A stretch of DNA of 8,177 bases from a virus (lineage: Duplodnaviria > Heunggongvirae > Uroviricota > Caudoviricetes). The notes beneath the pieces are model-generated. The model did no database searches, had not been told where the DNA came from, and saw nothing but the letters and a program-made list of their open reading frames with translations. Positions 6,486 through 8,177 of the stretch are shown in pieces. A program made the position numbers and the translations under genes. The stretch is from the IMG/VR virus record IMGVR_UViG_2690316153_000010; one strand, 5' to 3'. Positions within the stretch are counted from its first letter, which is position 1. The number at the start of each line of letters is the position of its first letter.

Positions 6486-6501
6486 CTGGATATCCACAAC
6501 A
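6483..6501. repeat. Left arm of a 19-bp inverted repeat flanking the gene 6510-7001
   Basis: AATCTGGATATCCACAACA; its reverse complement TGTTGTGGATATCCAGATT matches 7044-7062 at 18 of 19 positions. Core TGGATATCCA is itself palindromic. Confidence 0.6.
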
Positions 6502-6509
6502 GTAGTAAT

Positions 6510-7001
6510 CTACAGATTGCCGTTAAGTTTTCTGGACAACTCCTCAATGGATGGAGGCGATACGTAATCCGGATTTTTATTCATCAGAAACTTATTTTCA
6601 CAGTGGAGGCACCTGCTTTTATGAAAAAGCTCATCTTCGCTAACCGGGAATGGTTGAAGTATCGATACTATCTTTTGTCCAAAACATTTTGGGCAAAGAT
6701 GCATGGTTATGCTGCCACCGTTCACGATTACCTCCTTCGAGTATACAAAAGTACCCGACTCAAGTTGGTTAAGGATATAGCCTTCCGTCTGAGCCTCAAA
6801 GTTTTCGAATTCTGCAATTTTAGCTTTGAGAGAAGCATTTATTTCTTGATAAGAGCCCACCAGTTCAACGAGAGACACGCATTCGCGCTGAATAGACGCA
6901 AGCTTTGAGTTCAGCTCACCAATAGCCGCATTTACTTCAGCTTGAGTTTTTGCCTCGTTCATTAGTTTTGCAATCTGGGCTGTTTCACGAATAGCCGTCA
7001 T
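6510..7001 (-). CDS. Hypothetical coiled-coil plus zinc-ribbon protein (moron in the rexAB-equivalent position); function unknown
   Basis: ORF 6510-7289 trimmed to the ATG at 7001 (163 aa); an alternative GTG at 7025 has an AAGAG RBS. N-terminal heptad-like helical region, then CPKC and CLHC about 20 residues apart. AT-rich relative to flanks. Own terminator; opposite orientation to neighbours. Confidence 0.6.
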   Translation of the reverse strand: MTAIRETAQIAKLMNEAKTQAEVNAAIGELNSKLASIQRECVSLVELVGSYQEINASLKAKIAEFENFEAQTEGYILNQLESGTFVYSKEVIVNGGSITMHLCPKCFGQKIVSILQPFPVSEDELFHKSRCLHCENKFLMNKNPDYVSPPSIEELSRKLNGNL

Positions 7002-7043
7002 TGCTGCCGTTAATTCAGCGATCACATTGAATACTCTTATTGT

Positions 7044-7062
7044 TGTTGGGGATATCCAGATT
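7044..7062. repeat. Right arm of the 19-bp inverted repeat flanking the gene 6510-7001
   Basis: TGTTGGGGATATCCAGATT, an inverted match to 6483-6501. Sits 19-40 nt upstream of the candidate start codons of the minus-strand gene. Confidence 0.6.
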
Positions 7063-7072
7063 AACCGAATCC

Positions 7073-7093
7073 TTGTTGTTGGGGAATAACCAG
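7073..7093. repeat. Direct-repeat copy of the right inverted-repeat arm
   Basis: TTGTTGTTGGGGAATAACCAG versus TTGTTGTTGGGGATATCCAG at 7040-7059. The 13-bp core TTGTTGTTGGGGA is perfect in both, 33 bp apart. Confidence 0.5.
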
Positions 7094-7312
7094 GTCCACC
7101 TCGCCTGATGTGGCTAAAAGCAGGCACATAACAGCTAAGTATTTTCAACCAGAGAGAATCCTTAGCGTTGTGGTGAATGCGGCTCAGCGCACGCGGGTTA
7201 AGGTTGAGGCTGACAGTCGACCTTCTGTGGATACCCACCCGCCTGGTGTGCAACCTTCGCCAGGCACCGGGAGGCACCCGGCACCACAACTTTATGCTGT
7301 GTGTAGTCCTGG

Positions 7313-7359
7313 CGGTACCAGTTTGTACCCTTGCTTCCGGCTGGTACCGTCCTTTTTTG
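7313..7359 (+). terminator. Terminator-like hairpin in the GC-rich untranslated leader of the early-left operon
   Basis: CGGTACCAG (7313-7321) pairs with CTGGTACCG (7341-7349) around a 19-nt loop, followed by TCCTTTTTT (T-run 7354-7359). The large loop makes this tentative. Confidence 0.3.
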
Positions 7360-7495
7360 CAAAACAGAGAAGAGCATCACCGGACGACGGGCTCATAACC
7401 CAATCCATCCGGGCGGCTGCCACCGCAGGTGTTCTTCTCTGTTTTGTGGAGAAACCAACCGACCTTGCAGGGTCGATATGATGAGGAGCAGCAAA

Positions 7496-7858
7496 ATGGC
7501 TAGCGAACGCAGTACTGATGTGCAGGCATTTATCGGGGAGCTGGACGGCGGCGTATTTGAAACCAAAATCGGCGCAGTTCTCAGTGAGGTCGCTTCCGGT
7601 GTGATGAACACGAAAACCAAAGGGAAGGTCTCACTCAATCTGGAAATCGAACCGTTTGATGAGAACCGTGTGAAAATCAAACACAAACTCTCATATGTTC
7701 GCCCAACTAACCGCGGGAAAATTTCCGAAGAAGACACCACCGAAACGCCGATGTATGTCAATCGCGGTGGTCGCCTGACTATTCTGCAGGAAGACCAGGG
7801 ACAATTACTGACTCTTGCCGGTGAACCTGACGGAAAACTCCGCGCAGCAGGTCGTTAA
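7496..7858 (+). CDS. Hypothetical early-left protein (120 aa, hydrophilic, acidic)
   Basis: ORF 7331-7858 trimmed to the ATG at 7496, which has a GAGGAG RBS (7484-7489) 6 nt upstream. No arginine-rich N-terminus, so not N-like. Confidence 0.6.
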   Translation: MASERSTDVQAFIGELDGGVFETKIGAVLSEVASGVMNTKTKGKVSLNLEIEPFDENRVKIKHKLSYVRPTNRGKISEEDTTETPMYVNRGGRLTILQEDQGQLLTLAGEPDGKLRAAGR

Positions 7859-7923
7859 TATCGTTCGTAATAAACTGATTATTTATCTCATCACTGAATA
7901 TCTTTATATAGTGAGGACTTATT

Positions 7924-8177
7924 ATGTCTCAGAACTTAGACGCAACCGCAATTAATCAAATCCATGCCCTTATTTCTGCTCAGGGTGTTAATGAAATTAT
8001 CAGTAAGATTGGTGCCGATGCTGTGGCATTGCCTGAGAATTTCCGCATTCATGATCTGGAAAAATTTAATTTAAATCGCTTCCGTTTCCGTGGTGCGCTT
8101 TCCACTGCCAGCATCGATGACTTTACCCGTTATTCTAAAGATCTTGCAGATGAAGGCACCCGCTGCTTTATCGATGC
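7924..8177 (+). CDS. Hypothetical early-left protein, 3-prime truncated by the window edge
   Basis: ATG at 7924 with a GAGGA RBS upstream. Open to the end of the window (84 codons seen). AT-rich. Confidence 0.5.

Noticed and set aside
6603-6908. 101-aa plus-strand ORF inside the moron region
   Set aside because: It is antisense to the zinc-ribbon/coiled-coil gene and is L/F/R/K-rich with no recognisable motif. The minus-strand reading has a coherent domain layout and a terminator. A GGAGG lies 11 nt upstream, so it is not fully excluded.
6510-7289. Full 259-aa ORF as given in the track, and similar long N-terminal extensions at 2339-3025, 2992-3486 and 7331-7858
   Set aside because: The extensions are Arg/Pro-rich, overlap upstream genes or regulatory repeats, and internal start codons have better RBS and context.
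7110-7481. 123-aa plus-strand ORF and overlapping ORFs at 7177-7398 and 7198-7380
   Set aside because: Pro/Gly/Arg-rich translations of a GC-rich structured region with no RBS; more likely non-coding leader.
7496-7858. First early-left gene as an N-type antiterminator
   Set aside because: N proteins carry an arginine-rich N-terminal motif; this product starts MASERSTDVQAF and is acidic.

Overview
This window reads as the early region of a lambdoid (Rac/CP-933-like) prophage from an E. coli-like enterobacterium. All calls rest on reading the sequence and the supplied ORF track; no database search was run, so family names come from motif recognition only. Right half: a divergent immunity switch with a cI-like repressor (HTH plus S24 peptidase, 5656-6282, +) and a Cro/YdaS-like gene (5358-5558, -), separated by an operator region carrying CTAA-N6-TTAG palindromes. 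A matching operator with -35/-10 hexamers lies downstream of cI (candidate pL/OL), followed by an rrn-type boxA-like motif. Between cI and the first early-left genes (7496-7858 and 7924 onward, +) sits an AT-rich, reverse-oriented gene (6510-7001) encoding a coiled-coil plus double-CxxC zinc-ribbon protein, bracketed by a 19-bp inverted repeat and with its own terminator. This is the top candidate for an undescribed accessory or defence function. Left half (minus strand, downstream of cro): a CII/YdaT-like gene, a small gene with a possible frameshift, a replication-initiator-like gene with internal 15-bp iteron-like repeats, a PerC-like gene, and a nin-type module (Dam-like methyltransferase plus RusA). 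That module occurs twice in tandem (1-1610 and 1586-3480) as diverged copies that differ by whole cassettes: a LexA DNA-binding-domain-only gene in copy 2, a 396-bp in-frame deletion of the PerC-like gene in copy 1, and a KilA-N gene whose last ~50 codons match the 3-prime end of the replication gene. No tRNA, rRNA, CRISPR array or transposase was seen.
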